A stretch of DNA of 64,000 nucleotides from Octopus sinensis. Lineage: Eukaryota. Shown piece by piece: positions 13,677 through 26,510 of this stretch. Every line of letters begins with the position of its first letter. The stretch's first letter is position 1. The notes beneath the pieces were generated by a model. That model worked only from the letters and a program-made list of their open reading frames with translations, was not told where the DNA came from and did not search any database. The stretch spans positions 172,484,001 to 172,548,000 of the forward strand of contig NC_042997.1 of assembly GCF_006345805.1 (NCBI RefSeq), in the 5' to 3' direction. Position numbers and translations under genes: made by a program.

Positions 13677-15351
13677 GATATTTTAATGTGTCATTGTTAG
13701 CTCCTTGTACAAGAACTCTTGTCTTCTATAATTTAAAACAATACTTAGATGTAATAGTGGACTAGATTAACTGGAGGATTTGGTTATCAAAGCGTATTAG
13801 AACAGCATCTCATTGCTTACCCTTAAGAGGACTTGAATTCAACACTGCAAGTATAATTTGTTAAATTATACTGCACTTGCACTGCTAACACTGACAACAC
13901 CTACTTAACCATGGAAAGTATTTACAGTTGAGTAAAGTGAACAGGCAGTAGCTGTCTCATTGATATGACACAGTTTGTGTGTAAGTTGCTTACTGCCCAT
14001 CATTTTGGCAGTGAGCAGCTTATTGCCCAAATGATGAGACATGAGCTGTCGATGCAGTGATCAGTTGTTAGAGATCTTGTCTTCTCAGCCAGCTGTGATT
14101 CTATTTAGAAATTTGTATAAGTACATATAGGTGCAGGCATGGTACCTTGGGTGTCTTCTACTAGAGCCCCAGCCCAACCAAATTCTTGTGAGTGGTTCTG
14201 GTTGGTGGAAACCGAAAGAAACCTGCTGTGTATATATATTTATATATTTATATGTATCAAGTGAAAATCTAAATCGATCAACATCAATGGAAATTGCAGC
14301 TGTGATACCAGTGCCGGTGGTACGTAAGAGAACCATCCGAACGTGGCCGTTTGCCAGCCTCGTCTGGCATGTAAAAAACACCCACTACACTCACGGAGTG
14401 GTTGGCGTTAGGAAGGGCATCCAGCCATAGAAACTCTGCCAGATCAGACTGGGCCTGGTGCAGCCTTCTGGCTTCCCAGACCCCAGTTGAACCGTCCAAC
14501 GCATGCTAGCATGGAAAGCGGACTCTAAACGATGATGATGATGATGATGTATATGTGTTACTTTCTCCTTGTCTTGACCTTATATGAGAGTTGTAAACAA
14601 GTGTTACTGTTAGGTGGGTGGTGTCCTGTTCCAATTTCCAGCCTCTGGTCATGAAGAAATATTAACTTACTTGGAAACAAGTGAGGGTTGGTGACAGGAA
14701 GGGCATCTAGCTATAGAAAATCCGCCTCAACAAAAATTCCATTTAACCCATGCAAACATGGGATTGTGTACATTAAACCAATGCTGATGATGACAGCAAT
14801 GACATATGGAATTGGTTTTTCAGTCGCATATCTTACAATATATAAACTTGGTGCTTCAGAAGTATGATTAACTAATTTCCAAATATATTAGACTAAACAT
14901 ACCTAGGAAGGAGAGAGAGAGAGTGTCCTAAAATAATATAATCATGTAAAAAGTCTGGTGATAGGTTTTTACAATGTTTGCTGCATCACAAAGAGAGTAA
15001 TGGAGAAAAAAAAAAATGTTTGTGTGTGTAGAACAGTTATCACCTTAGACCTCTAACTTCATCCTCATCTTGTGATATTTATGTCTCTTGTCTACTGCTT
15101 TTGTGGTATATGTCATGTTTGGAATTGAAACATAATTCATAGTTTGCAAGAGGTAGGTGTGTGTGTGTGTGTGGTTGGGGTACTTCAGTTAAATGAAAAA
15201 AAAAATTTAACGTCTTTCTATGTTTATTTAGACTTGAATTGCAGCGTCATATTATATTATGTTATCTAATATATATTTATGTGAATAAATATATATACCT
15301 ATATCATAGATATACAATGCTGGAGTATATACATACACACACACACGTGTA

Positions 15352-15389
<38 letters not shown>

Positions 15390-17559
15390 CACACACATAC
15401 ATACATACATACACACGTGTGTGTATATGAATGTAGCAGTTCTAGACTGAAGGTAAAACTGTCTTATACACATCCATTCAAAGTTGATGATTCACTCCAG
15501 CATTGTATATCTATATACTAAACACTGAAGAGTTGAGTTAAGATGATTATATAGTGATTCTACAAGAATTATGTAATCCTGGGAGTAATTTACTGAAATA
15601 TGTGTATGTTTCATAAGGCATAGAATACCATACAGCTTTTCTGTATTTTATTAATACTATGCATGCACATGCATGTGCGCGCACACACACACACACAATA
15701 GCTTTTATTATATTGAAGACACTACTATACTTAAGTTCAATCATTTTTATTAAGGGTTTTTCATATATATTTTTTAGTCCTTCATATTTAGTATGGAACA
15801 TTTTTCAAGCTTTTTTGGCCATATCATCTGAATGAAGTGGTGATAATGATGCATTATTTCTCTGTTTTGTCATATGTAAGCTAAGGGTTATCGAATGATG
15901 TAACTGAAATCATTATTGGCAGATTTGAAATTGTTTAATTGCTAACTTCTTGAAGCTTCTATGATTTATTTCACATGTTGATTTTTGGTTTTTCCTATCA
16001 ACAAAACTTCTGTAGCTAATTTTTTTCAGTTTTCGTAGAATTTTGAGTTATGCTGCTGATTAAAAAGTTCTTGTTGCTGTTTCAGTAAATGATGAACATT
16101 ACAACTCGTGCTTTGGTCTCAACTAGAATTTTAGACATTATTACTGCTAACTGGAGAGTAAAAATAAATCAAAAGTTATTCCTCAGGCATTATATCATTA
16201 GTAAGACATTGCAAGTTATTTCTGGAAATTGGTAAACTTCTACTACAAAAGGAAGTGAATTTTGTGATATTCATATGTGCTGGAAAAGTATATCCTCATA
16301 AAAATTGAGCTATTGATTTTTTTTACGATGTTGTGGATTGTTTTGATATTTATCCTTGGGTCACTTCTGATCAAATAGAACATGATCAGTTGTGTTCCTG
16401 TTGTGACCCTCTCTTTGGAAGAATTTTCTTTTGTTTAATAAGACACAAAAGAAGTTTGTTTCCTGATCGCATAGTCCTATTACATGGCAATTTGGGCAAG
16501 TGTTTTCTTTTATAGTCTTGGGTTGATGAAAGTCTTGTGAGTGGATTTGGTAGGTGGAAGCTGGAAGAAACACATTGTTTGTGTGTTTATTTGTGTTTTG
16601 TTTTGATATTATGTGATACAGTGTCATACATACAATATCATTCATTCCCCAGTATTCTGTGAAAACATGTCTCGCCATAGAAAAATATTAACTTGGAAAC
16701 AGGTGAGGGTTGGCAACAAGTAAGGGTATCTGGCTGTAGAAAGTCTGTCTCAAATAAACCTTATCCATCCCATTCAAGCATGGAAACGTGGATGTTAAAT
16801 GATGATGATGATGACAACATAACTTTAAGTTCATTATCTAAAATGGATAGTGAACTCTTCTTTGTGGTAGTTAATGGATTTGGAGTAAATTTGGCTGCTA
16901 TTTCTAATACGTTGAGTGATTGAGTAGAAAACTCTCTCATCATTCTCTTGATGACAAATGAGAATTTTAAACTGACTGTAAGTTTGGCTTATCCAAAAAC
17001 TTGGCCAATTTTCGGACAGACAGCTGTTTCTTATCCAACACATACTATTTCTCTCCTCTATCTATCTCTTTATTTCTCTTTTACTCTCATTGAAACATTC
17101 ACATAAGTACACCATTGAATCTGCATTTCAATCCATAACAGAGAACTGTCAGAGATATGAATACAGCTATTTCATTATTTAACTTACACACACACACACA
17201 ACACATATGCACACAAATTCTTTTTATTATCAGACAAGGCATTTAGTCCATATAATCCTACCAGCAGTAGTATAAACATACCTGGTCTGCCAATTATTTA
17301 CAAAAAAATCAATAAAAGCACACCTGACCTCAAAATTATAGGAAATCAATCCAATTTGTATACAACAGAACTCTGTCTTCAGATAATCTATTGAAGCATT
17401 GTAGATATAATCAGATAGCCACTGTCAGTTCTTGTGAAAATGTTACAATGAAGTTTTGAAAGCGTGTGTGATGGTTTGATCAGAAAGAAGGAGCTATGCC
17501 ATGATCTTTGCACACTCTTCAAGATGTGGGAAGTTAATATAATTGGTTTCAGTTTAGAC

Positions 17560-17830
17560 ATGTGTAAGCCATTGTAGGAAGGATGGAAATTTTTGAGAGG
17601 TAGGGTTGTCCGAATGATAAGTGTGGGCTTGGGAGGTGGAGGCATGATGGGTGATGGGAGGCAAAGCAAGTCTATTAAGTCGACCAAGGTGAAGGTACCA
17701 TGTTGTTAGACAGTTAGAGGAGAAAAGTTGATTGCAATAGGAGCAATGAGGAAACGGTGTCTGTGGACAGAGATTGTAATGATGTCATGAATGAATCTTT
17801 GCTAATCTTTTCCTAAATATTTCAGGTATG
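17560..17830 (-). mobile_element. Possible Penelope-like GIY-YIG C-terminal remnant; a weaker candidate lies at 26600-26900 (+)
   Basis: Loose matches to R.L..RF.EH..DI and LGTL.P.GLN motifs followed by a C-rich tract; very decayed. Confidence 0.3.
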
Positions 17831-18364
17831 GTCAAGGCTGTTTGTGTTTTGGTAGCAAAAAGCTGTGTACCAATCATTTTGAGTAGAATTTCCTTGCAAA
17901 TCTTAGTTGATCTTTGTAGAGAATCATCAAATAATCAGAACTGAAATATTTTCTGGGTTCAATTAAGAAGACTAGTCTTTAGTTTCCAGGTTAAGCTATA
18001 TTATGTAAATGAGTGTAGTGTGTGCATATGTGTCATTACATTATATGAATAAAATACATTCCGTCAGTTCTACTAGCTGTGCAGGCAGAGAAATTGAATA
18101 AAGTGAACAGAGGTTGATTGGAACTAGATAGACAGTACATGTGCAGAAGCAAAAATCTGTTTCATGTTTATTGTCTTGCAGATACCATATTTAACAATGG
18201 TTACTTGGCTTGTTCAAAATAGCCACCGAATTTCCTTCCAATCACAGTCTTAAAATATAAAATAAAAGGTCATATTGAATAATGTAGTCCCTGAGTACAC
18301 TATAACTGAAACCCTGAAAACAAGTTAAAATGATCGTAAACTTTTATAGATATGAGGAGCATTT

Positions 18365-18817
18365 TTTTTGCAAAGAGAATTGGAATGGAAGTCAAGAAAA
18401 GTGCTACATCTGGTCGGTGCTAATGTATGGATGTGAGTTTTGGATGATAAGCAAAGTCATGGAGAAGAGACTCAAAGCTGCAGAAATATGGTTTTATAGA
18501 AAAATGCTTGGAATCTCGTGGGTACAGAAGGTGATGAATGTGGAAGTGTTGAAAATGAAAGTGAAGAGACAATTGATGGATACTATCAGAGAGAGACAGT
18601 GGTGATTTGATGGTCATTTTCTCAGAGAGGTTGATGGAATGGAGCAGTACATGGTGGGAAGAAGAGCGAGAGGAAGGCAGAGAATGAAGATGTTCAACTG
18701 GATGAAGAAGAGAATGAACATTCTCTTCAAGAGACAGAAATAAATGGGGGAGAAACAAGCTATGATTCAACGGCATGAATATGCCATGACACGAGAGAGA
18801 GAGAGAGAGAGAGAGAG
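18365..18817 (+). pseudogene. 5'-truncated RTE-clade LINE 3' end (post-RT region) with (GA)n tail
   Basis: CYIWSVLMYGCEFWMISKVMEKRLKAAEIWFYRKMLGISW...IRERQW*FDGH...GRRARGRQRMK matches the typical RTE C-terminus; in-frame stop present. Confidence 0.85.
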
Positions 18818-19109
18818 CTGGAATGTCTTTGACATAGTAGGTTTACTAGATTATAGCTAACCTTTGGTTAAATAGTGTTGGACTCATTATAAAATTGTGG
18901 TTTTGATTCCTGGACTGGGCAACATGTGTTCTTGAGCAAAACACTTCATTTCATGTTTCTCCAGTCCACTCAGTTGGTAAAAATGAGTAATCTTGCAATG
19001 GAACTGCATCCCGTCCAGGGATTCATGGGGAAACTGGCCCTATGCTCCTAACGTAGTAATGTGATCTAACCACTTGGTTAAATTGTAATAGCAAACTGAG
19101 TTATGTAAT

Positions 19110-19960
19110 TACTTCTTGGAAAGCCAGTGAGGATGTTTGTGAAACAAAATCCTGGGCTTGGTTGAAAAAGGGACAATTGAAAAAAAGAAACAGGGGACCT
19201 TATTATATAGCTCCAGATCAAGCATTGCAAATGAATAAGTTATGAAAATATGTGTATGGCGTGAAAGTGCATGTAGAGTATGGAATTTGGAATGAAACAA
19301 CACACATTGTTGCAGAATGCCACAGGTTGGTCCTGAGAGAGTATAAGAAATGGAGATGTGATCAAGTTGTGAAAGTTTTACACTGGCAGCTTTGTCAAAA
19401 ACAGGCATTGAAGCAGGAAATAGATGGTACAGTCATCAGGTAAAAATTAGTGCTTGAGTCAGAAACATGCAAGATTATGTGGGATTTTCTCTTTCAAACT
19501 GATAAGAAGCTGGAATATAACAAGCCAGATATTACAGCAATAGACAAAGGAAATCGAATTTGCTTACTGATTGATCCATCATGTCCATTTGATACCAGTA
19601 TTATGAAGAAAGCAAATGAGTTGAAAAAAAGCAAGCCGTTAAAATGTAAGGGTGCAAAGATTTGGAACATGAAATCTATAAAGGTTGTGCTATTGATAAC
19701 TGGTACATTAGGGACTCTGAATGATGAGATAGACAAATGGATAACAGAGATTGGAATGTCCTGTTGGATTTCTACAGAACGTTTGCCTCTTAAGAATTGG
19801 ACAGAGGATCAGAAGGGTTTTGAGTATTTGATGGCTTGTTGCAATCATGTAGATATCTAAGGTTACAGGGTGTAACATGCATCCCACATAAATTCTATCA
19901 GGAATAAGACCAATCTTGAATCATGATGGTAATAATTCTGATGATGATGATTATGATGAC
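19110..19960 (+). pseudogene. R4/Dong/Rex6-type LINE 3' fragment: CCHC zinc knuckle plus restriction-like endonuclease
   Basis: SWAWLKKGQL, ETTHIVAEC..L..EYKKWRCDQV.KVLHWQLC, KIMWDFLFQTDKKLEYNKPDI.AIDK...CLLID.SCPFD, VV.LITGTLG; frameshifted; ends in (GAT)n. Confidence 0.88.
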
Positions 19961-20669
19961 AGTGATGATTTTTTTTTCTTTTCCTTGTTGCGTATAAGGT
20001 CAGCAGTTTTCAGGGGATGGAACAAGTCGATTACATTGCCCTACTCCAAATCCTTCCCAGTATTTGACTAGTACTTTATTTTATTGACCCCTGAAAGACA
20101 AAGTTGATCTTAATGCCTTAGTGGAATTTGAACTTAGAATGTAAAGAGCCAGAAGAAATACCACTAAGCATTTTGTCCATTGTGCTAATGATTCTGCCAG
20201 CTTGCCACCTCAGTAATAATGGTAATAACCCTTTCTACTATAGGCACATGGCTTGAAATGTTGCGAGGGGGGGGGGGCTAGACGATTACATCAACCCCAG
20301 TATTCAGTTGGTGTTTAATCTTCTTGACCTCCCCAAAATGTTGAAAGGCAAAGTTGACCTCAGCAGAACACAAGATGGATGAAATGCCATGAAGCATTTT
20401 CTTTGATTTGCTAATGATTCTCTCTGCTCATCGCCTCAAAAATAATACTAATAATAATAACAATAATAAATCTCTAATTTTGACAAAAGGCCAGCTATTT
20501 TGAGGGGAGAGGAAGTCGATTACATTGCCCCCCCCCTCCCAATACTCAACTGGTACTTATTTTATTGTTCCTGAATGATGTATGATAATAAAAGTAATAA
20601 AAAAATATTTAAAATGTTGCTAGCTTCTTGTGATGACAGTTTTATTTAATTTTTTTTTTCTTTTGTCAG

Positions 20670-20728
20670 TTTAAACATTCTTCAAGTTAGGAATAAAGAA
20701 AAAATGTGTAGAGTGGGGAAGAGTGTAG
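20670..20728 (+). CDS. Candidate coding exon, (S)LNILQVRNKEKMCRVGKSV(D)
   Basis: Strong acceptor tttttttttcttttgtcag|, donor TAG|GTGAGA; one open frame, phase 2 in and phase 1 out. Confidence 0.4.
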
Positions 20729-21097
20729 GTGAGAATTTTCGACTTGCCAGCCAATCTATACTTTCTGAATTACAGGAGATGAATATTTGCAATTAATTTT
20801 GATTAGGTTTCATTAGCTATCGATTTAATCACATTATCCAAGAAGTTGCATGCACCAGAATGACCTTGCTTCTATCCTGCCGATACCTGTACCCATAGTC
20901 AACTTATTCACATGGGAAGGCAAGCACATTAGCATGAATACAAAGAAATATAAAGAAAGAGTTTAATGAATCTAAATAACAGCTACATCATGTTTGCAGC
21001 TGTTCAATATCTTAAAAATAAAGCAATTCCTGTTGTTTGCTACTTCAGCCTCTCCCCTCCAAAGACCCCCCACTTATACACCATATTGCCCTACTTT

Positions 21098-21105
<8 letters not shown>

Positions 21106-21190
<85 letters not shown>

Positions 21191-21229
21191 CATACATACA
21201 TACATACATACATACATACATACATACAT

Positions 21230-21278
<49 letters not shown>
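21106..21278. repeat. Compound microsatellite (TA)n-(TACA)n-(CA)n; other long tracts at about 653-716, 2349-2392, 2786-2860, 33303-33358, 39194-39262, 39676-39717, 53268-53330, 54800-54856
   Basis: Read directly from the sequence. Confidence 0.97.
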
Positions 21279-21281
<3 letters not shown>

Positions 21282-21291
21282 GTATATATAT

Positions 21292-21885
21292 GTCATCATT
21301 ATTTAACATCCATTGTCCATGCTGGTATAGGTTGGACACTTTGACCAGGGCTGGCAAGCTGTAAGGCTGCACCAGACTCCAGTCTGATTTGGCATGATTT
21401 CTACAGCTGAATGCCCTTCCTAATGCCAACCATTCTGAGAGTGTAATGAGTGCTTTTATGTGCCAGTGGCACAGGTGCCATTTGTATGACATCAGTATCT
21501 GCCAAGACTGTGATTTTACTTGGCTTGATGGGTCTTCTTCTGAAGCATGACATAGTGCCTAGGTCTCGGTCAAAAGGAGCTTTTCACGTGCCACTGGTAT
21601 CAGCCACTTTGCCTCCGTAAGGCCCAATGCTCGAAAGAAGCTTTTTACATACCAGTTACATGACATCAGCATTTGCCACGACTATGTTTTTACCTAGCTT
21701 CTCAAGCACTGCATATTGCCAAAGGTCCCAGTCACTAGTCATTGCCTCTCTGAGGCTCAAATTTCAAAGATCATGCTTCGCTACCTCAACCCATGCCTTC
21801 CTAGGTCTGCCTCTGTCACAGGTTCTCTCCTCAGTTAGAGATCGGCACTTCTTGTCCATATGACCATACCAGTGCAGTCAGCTCT
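21292..21885 (-). mobile_element. 5'-truncated copy of the same RTE family; shorter 3' ends near 4676-5030, 5745-5935, 11045-11485, 14290-14548, 33538-34130, 34240-34487, 40378-40560, 56756-57085
   Basis: LHWYGHM..KKCRSL.EERTCDRGRPRKAWVEVAKHDL on the minus strand, followed by the shared 3' UTR GGTTGGCGTTAGGAAGGGCATCCAGCTGTAGAAA. Confidence 0.82.
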
Positions 21886-22773
21886 GTGGACAGCCTCCTG
21901 TCAAGCTGTCTAACCCATATCAGCAAGGAAAAACCGACGTTGAATAATTATGAATGATTTTTTTAACCAACATCGTATGTTACTAGAGAGGTGTAAATGC
22001 CTTGTGAGTATAGTCAGTATCTTTATGGATAAAATGGAAATGGACCAACTGAACTAGTTCTAATTCTTGTATTGAGATTTCATCTGCAATTGTGCACATT
22101 CTCTAGCTGTCCATGAACTTGTGCTTGAAAACCCACTTTTTACTTTGAGCTTAAGTAATTTACATATACATAATGTATTCATGGCAGTTAGTTTAAAAAA
22201 CAGCGTTATGGTTTTTTGGTTACAATTTACTTAATTAACCCGTCTATGACTGACCTTGATTCCATATTACAAAGTTCCTCTTTTTAAAGTAATTAAAATT
22301 AAAACCTTCCATCAAAATTACATTTTAATTTATGTTTCAAACCCCAGTACAGCAATCACTGAGTTACTATTTTCTTCATCATTGCCAAAATTAATTGAAA
22401 AAAAAATTTGCATCGTCAAATTCTGTCTAACCCATGCCAACATGAAAAAAGTGAACATTAAACTGATGATGATGAAAGCCAGTGTATTTAGTGTATTTCA
22501 AAAGAAATATGGTAACAAAAAAAGGTTAATGCTTACAGTTTACTCTGAACATTTTCTCATGGCTGCCCATGCATTATAAATACATATACACACTCATTCT
22601 GACTGTGCTATCTAAAATTTATTCCATTTATTTTACTGTTGTTTACAATATTATTTTGGAGCACCATTGGTCTGAGAGAAGAAATGGGTAGATGGGGTCT
22701 CAGATGTAGTGTGCACGAGATGATACTGTGCTATTGAAAAAAAAACCTGCGGAAGAGGAAGACACAGAAAGAA

Positions 22774-23160
22774 GTTAGTTAGTTAGTTAGTTAGTTAATT
22801 TGGCTCAAAAGCAAATAGCAAGGCCATGTAGGGGGACATGGAGTTAAGTACAGGGTGGTGTTCATGTAAAGAGTTTAGGCCACTTGAGGTCCAGGGAGGC
22901 TTTGAACAAAGCGGTCGTAGGCATCTTCACCATCTCATCTGGCAGCTTGTTCCACGGATCTGCAACCCAGACGGAGAAAGCTCCTCTCCTTCGGTTGAGA
23001 TGAAATCGTCGCAGGTAGAGCTTTTCGGAATGACCCCGCAGCCGACGCTCTGGAGCAGGAGTGAAGAACAGCTCTTTCGAGAGGTTACACTTTCCGCTTA
23101 TGATGTTGTGGGCGAGAATGAGATCACCACGGCGAATGAGGACTGATATCAGGACAGTGT
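22774..23160 (-). pseudogene. 5'-truncated CR1-clade LINE 3' end with (TAAC)n tail
   Basis: RRGDLILAHNIISG...FF...RRLRGHSEKL...RRRGAFSVWVADPWNKLPDEMV...FKASLD is the CR1 C-terminal signature; (GTTA)n at 22774-22797; CpGs well preserved. Confidence 0.9.
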
Positions 23161-23574
23161 AGTTCATGAAAGAGATAAGAAAACAATGTAGCAAGTGATG
23201 AGATTTTGTGCTTTGGAAAACCTATCCGACCCAATCTTGCATAAAAACGCAATGAAAAGTAATGATGATAATCTATTCACCCAAAAAACAAAATTAGTTA
23301 TTTCTTTCTGTCTATTAACACATTGTGTTGCAGTTGTTGCTTGGCCTTCATTTCAGCTCTGATCAAGCGGACCTATGATCAAAGGGTTTCCTGCTGTAAC
23401 CCTCCCATTGATTTTTTTGTTTGTTTGTTGTTTCTTTTTGGTGACTACCATGTACTTTTTCCTTGGGGGAGTGGGGGGCGTGGCTAGACGGCTGGCTGGA
23501 ATTTAAAATAGCTTATGGTTTTACAGAAGTTAGGTTGCTATTTCTCTCAGTGGCTCTCTCATAGTAATTCTTGT

Positions 23575-23830
23575 AGTTGTGTTTAGCCCCAGATGAGCCC
23601 TGATCCAGCAGGTCTAATGAGAAACCTGCTAGCTATGATTGTCTTGTCTGCTTTCTTTCTTTCTTTTTCTTTTTTTTTTTTTTCTCAGACATGGTGCTTT
23701 TAAGACTACATTATACAATATTTCCTTCTCTTTTTTTTTAAGAATGGTAAGAGTGTGATTTGAGGCAGATTTGTATACTGTTTGTAGCAGGTCAAATTAC
23801 TATGTAAAGGCTCTTCACTTAGCTTATTGT
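23575..23830 (-). repeat. Dispersed repeat family F, probable old retroposon with (CAA)n tail; copies near 8290-8360, 9590-9760, 18190-18330, 23320-23560, 35985-36190, 48720-48890, 60790-61010
   Basis: Recurring motifs TTTAGCCCCAGATCAGCCCTGATC, CTATGATCAAAG and GATTTGGCTGCTATTTCTAGCAGGTCAA. Confidence 0.6.
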
Positions 23831-24689
23831 TGTTGCTGATATTGCTGATTTTGTTTGTTTATTTGTAGCTTGTTATTTATTATGCTTCGGTATTCTTCCT
23901 GCCAGACAACCTATTCTCAGTGAGGCATATCAAAATATCTTACAACTGACTGCAACATAGTTAATTTCAAGCTTCGTCTGCCATGCAGATATGCATGTAT
24001 AATATTTCAAGAAGAGTTGTGGGTATAGATATTCTGCTTTGCAGGTTTAAATCATCTTTAGATTAGTCCATGAAAGTCTTTAACCTTTCACTGACATTTT
24101 ATCTTAACGATCTACAAGCTTTCTATTTTATTTCTTTATTTATCCATTTTTTCTTTTTGTTGTTGTTTCAATTGTCTTGACAGGAAAGAAATGATTTTCT
24201 ATATCTATAAGCAAAACAACAACAACAGAACAATGTTTTAGAATAAATATATATGCAGTTATATACAATATGTGTAATATACTAACATTTGGTGTCTAAA
24301 GATAAGCCACAGGAGCTTTGTTAACCGAAAGTGAGCATCATACAACTAGTTTCACTTTGCTTAAGATTCATCAGGGATTGCTTCAATTGCTTCTACATAA
24401 TTCCTTGGTGGCTACCATTATGTGAATCTCTTTATACAGATAATTGTTTACATTGTTTTCTAAGATATATTATTCTAAGCTTCAGCAGTTAAGAGGTGAG
24501 CCGAGCTGTCCCTGATTAAACTAAAGCAAGGCAAAACTAGTCACATTAGCATAATCTTTACTCAGATCAGTGGAAGTTGCTGTGGTTTACAGGCTGGTTA
24601 GATTTTCAAAAGGAGATTAAATGAATATTTAGTATATGTATATTCTTGTAATATTATGTAATACAAATATACTAACATATATATATATA

Positions 24690-25050
24690 TAGGTACAAGC
24701 GTGATTGTGTGGTAAGAAGCTTGCTTCTCAACCACATGGTTCCAGGTTCAGTCCCACTGCATGACACTTTGGGTCTTCTACTATAGCCTCAGGCTGACCA
24801 AAACCTTGTTTGTGGATTTGGTTGATGGAAACTGAAAGAAGCCCATCGTGTGTGTGTCTGTGTGTGTCCTCTGCCATCGCTTGACAACTGATGTTGGTGT
24901 GCTTACATCCCCTGTAACTTAGTGGTTCAGCAAAAGAGACCGATAGAATAAGTAGTGTGCTTACAAAGAATGAGTCCTGGGGTTGATTTCTTCAACTAAA
25001 ACTCTTCAAGGCGGTGCTCCACCATGGCTGCAGTCAAATGAATGAAGCAA
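24690..25050 (+). mobile_element. SINE family A
   Basis: Head and 3' body match the other copies, with small deletions. Confidence 0.85.
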
Positions 25051-25217
25051 TAAAAGAATATATATACATACATATATATGTATATATACATGCATATATG
25101 GGTACAGGATATCAAAAAAGTAGACAGAATTGGTATGTACATATATGTATATATGCATATATTTATATTATTATATGACCAAATGTCATGCATCCTTTTC
25201 CAAGTAAGTTTTTTCTA

Positions 25218-25272
<55 letters not shown>

Positions 25273-26084
25273 ATATACAAAAGCTGTGTGTTAAAAAGTT
25301 CCCTTCCCAACCAGGAGGTTTTGAGTTCAGTCCCACTGAATGACACCATGGGCAATGTCTTCTACTATAACCTGAAACAACAAACGCCTTGGAGTGGATT
25401 TAGTTGAGGGAGATTGAAAGGAGCCTCTTGGAATTATATGTATGTGTGTGTGTGTGTTGGTATCTCCTTGTCTTGACGTTGAATATTAATTGTAAATGAG
25501 TGTCACAATCATTCAAGTGGTGTCATTTGTTTCCTGTCTTCCGTGAGAATATGTCTGGCTTTGGTGACAGCAATGGTAGCTGGCCATAAAAAATATATCT
25601 CAGCAAATTCTGTCTGACTCATGCAAGCCTGGAAATATGGGTGTTAAAACAAACTAACAAAAAGAAAATAATAAAAAATGATATGTGAGTGTGTGCAAGA
25701 GTGTGATACAGTAATATGTTTCTGTGCTAAGCTAGACAGAACATTGCATTAAATGAAATATTTTGTGTCCTATGTATGCATCATCATCATCATCATCATC
25801 AAATGTTTGTTTTCCATGCTAGTATGTGTTGGACAGATTGACAAGATCCAACAAAGCAAAGGACTAACTTGATCCCCAATGCCTGTTTTGCCTTGGTTTC
25901 CTGGAAGCCTTTCCTAATGCCAACCACTTTAAAGAATGTAGTGGTTTCCCCTTACATGACACAAGCTCTTGTAAAGTCGCCAAATAACTTGCAAGGCATT
26001 TTGAGATTAGCTTTCACAACTTAGTCTCACATCTTCCTAGGTTTCCTTCTTATGCAAGTTTCAACGCCATGTATGCTCTCTCTC

Positions 26085-26304
26085 TCTTTTTCTCTTTTTA
26101 CTTGTTTCAGTCATTTGACTGCGGCCATGCTGGAGCACCGCCTTTAATCAAGCAACTCGACCCCGGGACTTATTCTTTTGTAAGCCCAGTACTTATTCTA
26201 TCGGTCTCTTTTGCCGAACCGCTAAGTAACGGGGACATAAACACACCAGCATCGGTTGTCAAGCAGTGCTAGGGAGACAAACACAGACACACAAACACAC
26301 ATGC

Positions 26305-26339
<35 letters not shown>

Positions 26340-26510
26340 TATATACAACGGGCTTCTTTCAGTTTCCGTTTACCAAATCCACTCACAAGGCTTTGGTCGG
26401 CCTGAGGCTATAGTAGAAGACACTTGCCCAAGGTGCCACGCAGTGGGACTGAACCCGAAACCATGTGGATGGTACGCAAGCTACTTACCACACAGCCACT
26501 CCTGTGCCTA
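26085..26510 (-). mobile_element. SINE family A
   Basis: Near full-length match to 1517-1890. Confidence 0.9.

Noticed and set aside
16088-16160. C/D snoRNA (ATGATGA box; TGATGAACATTAC also at about 10479)
   Set aside because: No D box (CTGA) or terminal stem at a suitable distance.
22774-22797. Telomere-like repeat
   Set aside because: It is (TAAC)n, the tail of the CR1 fragment, not (TTAGGG)n.
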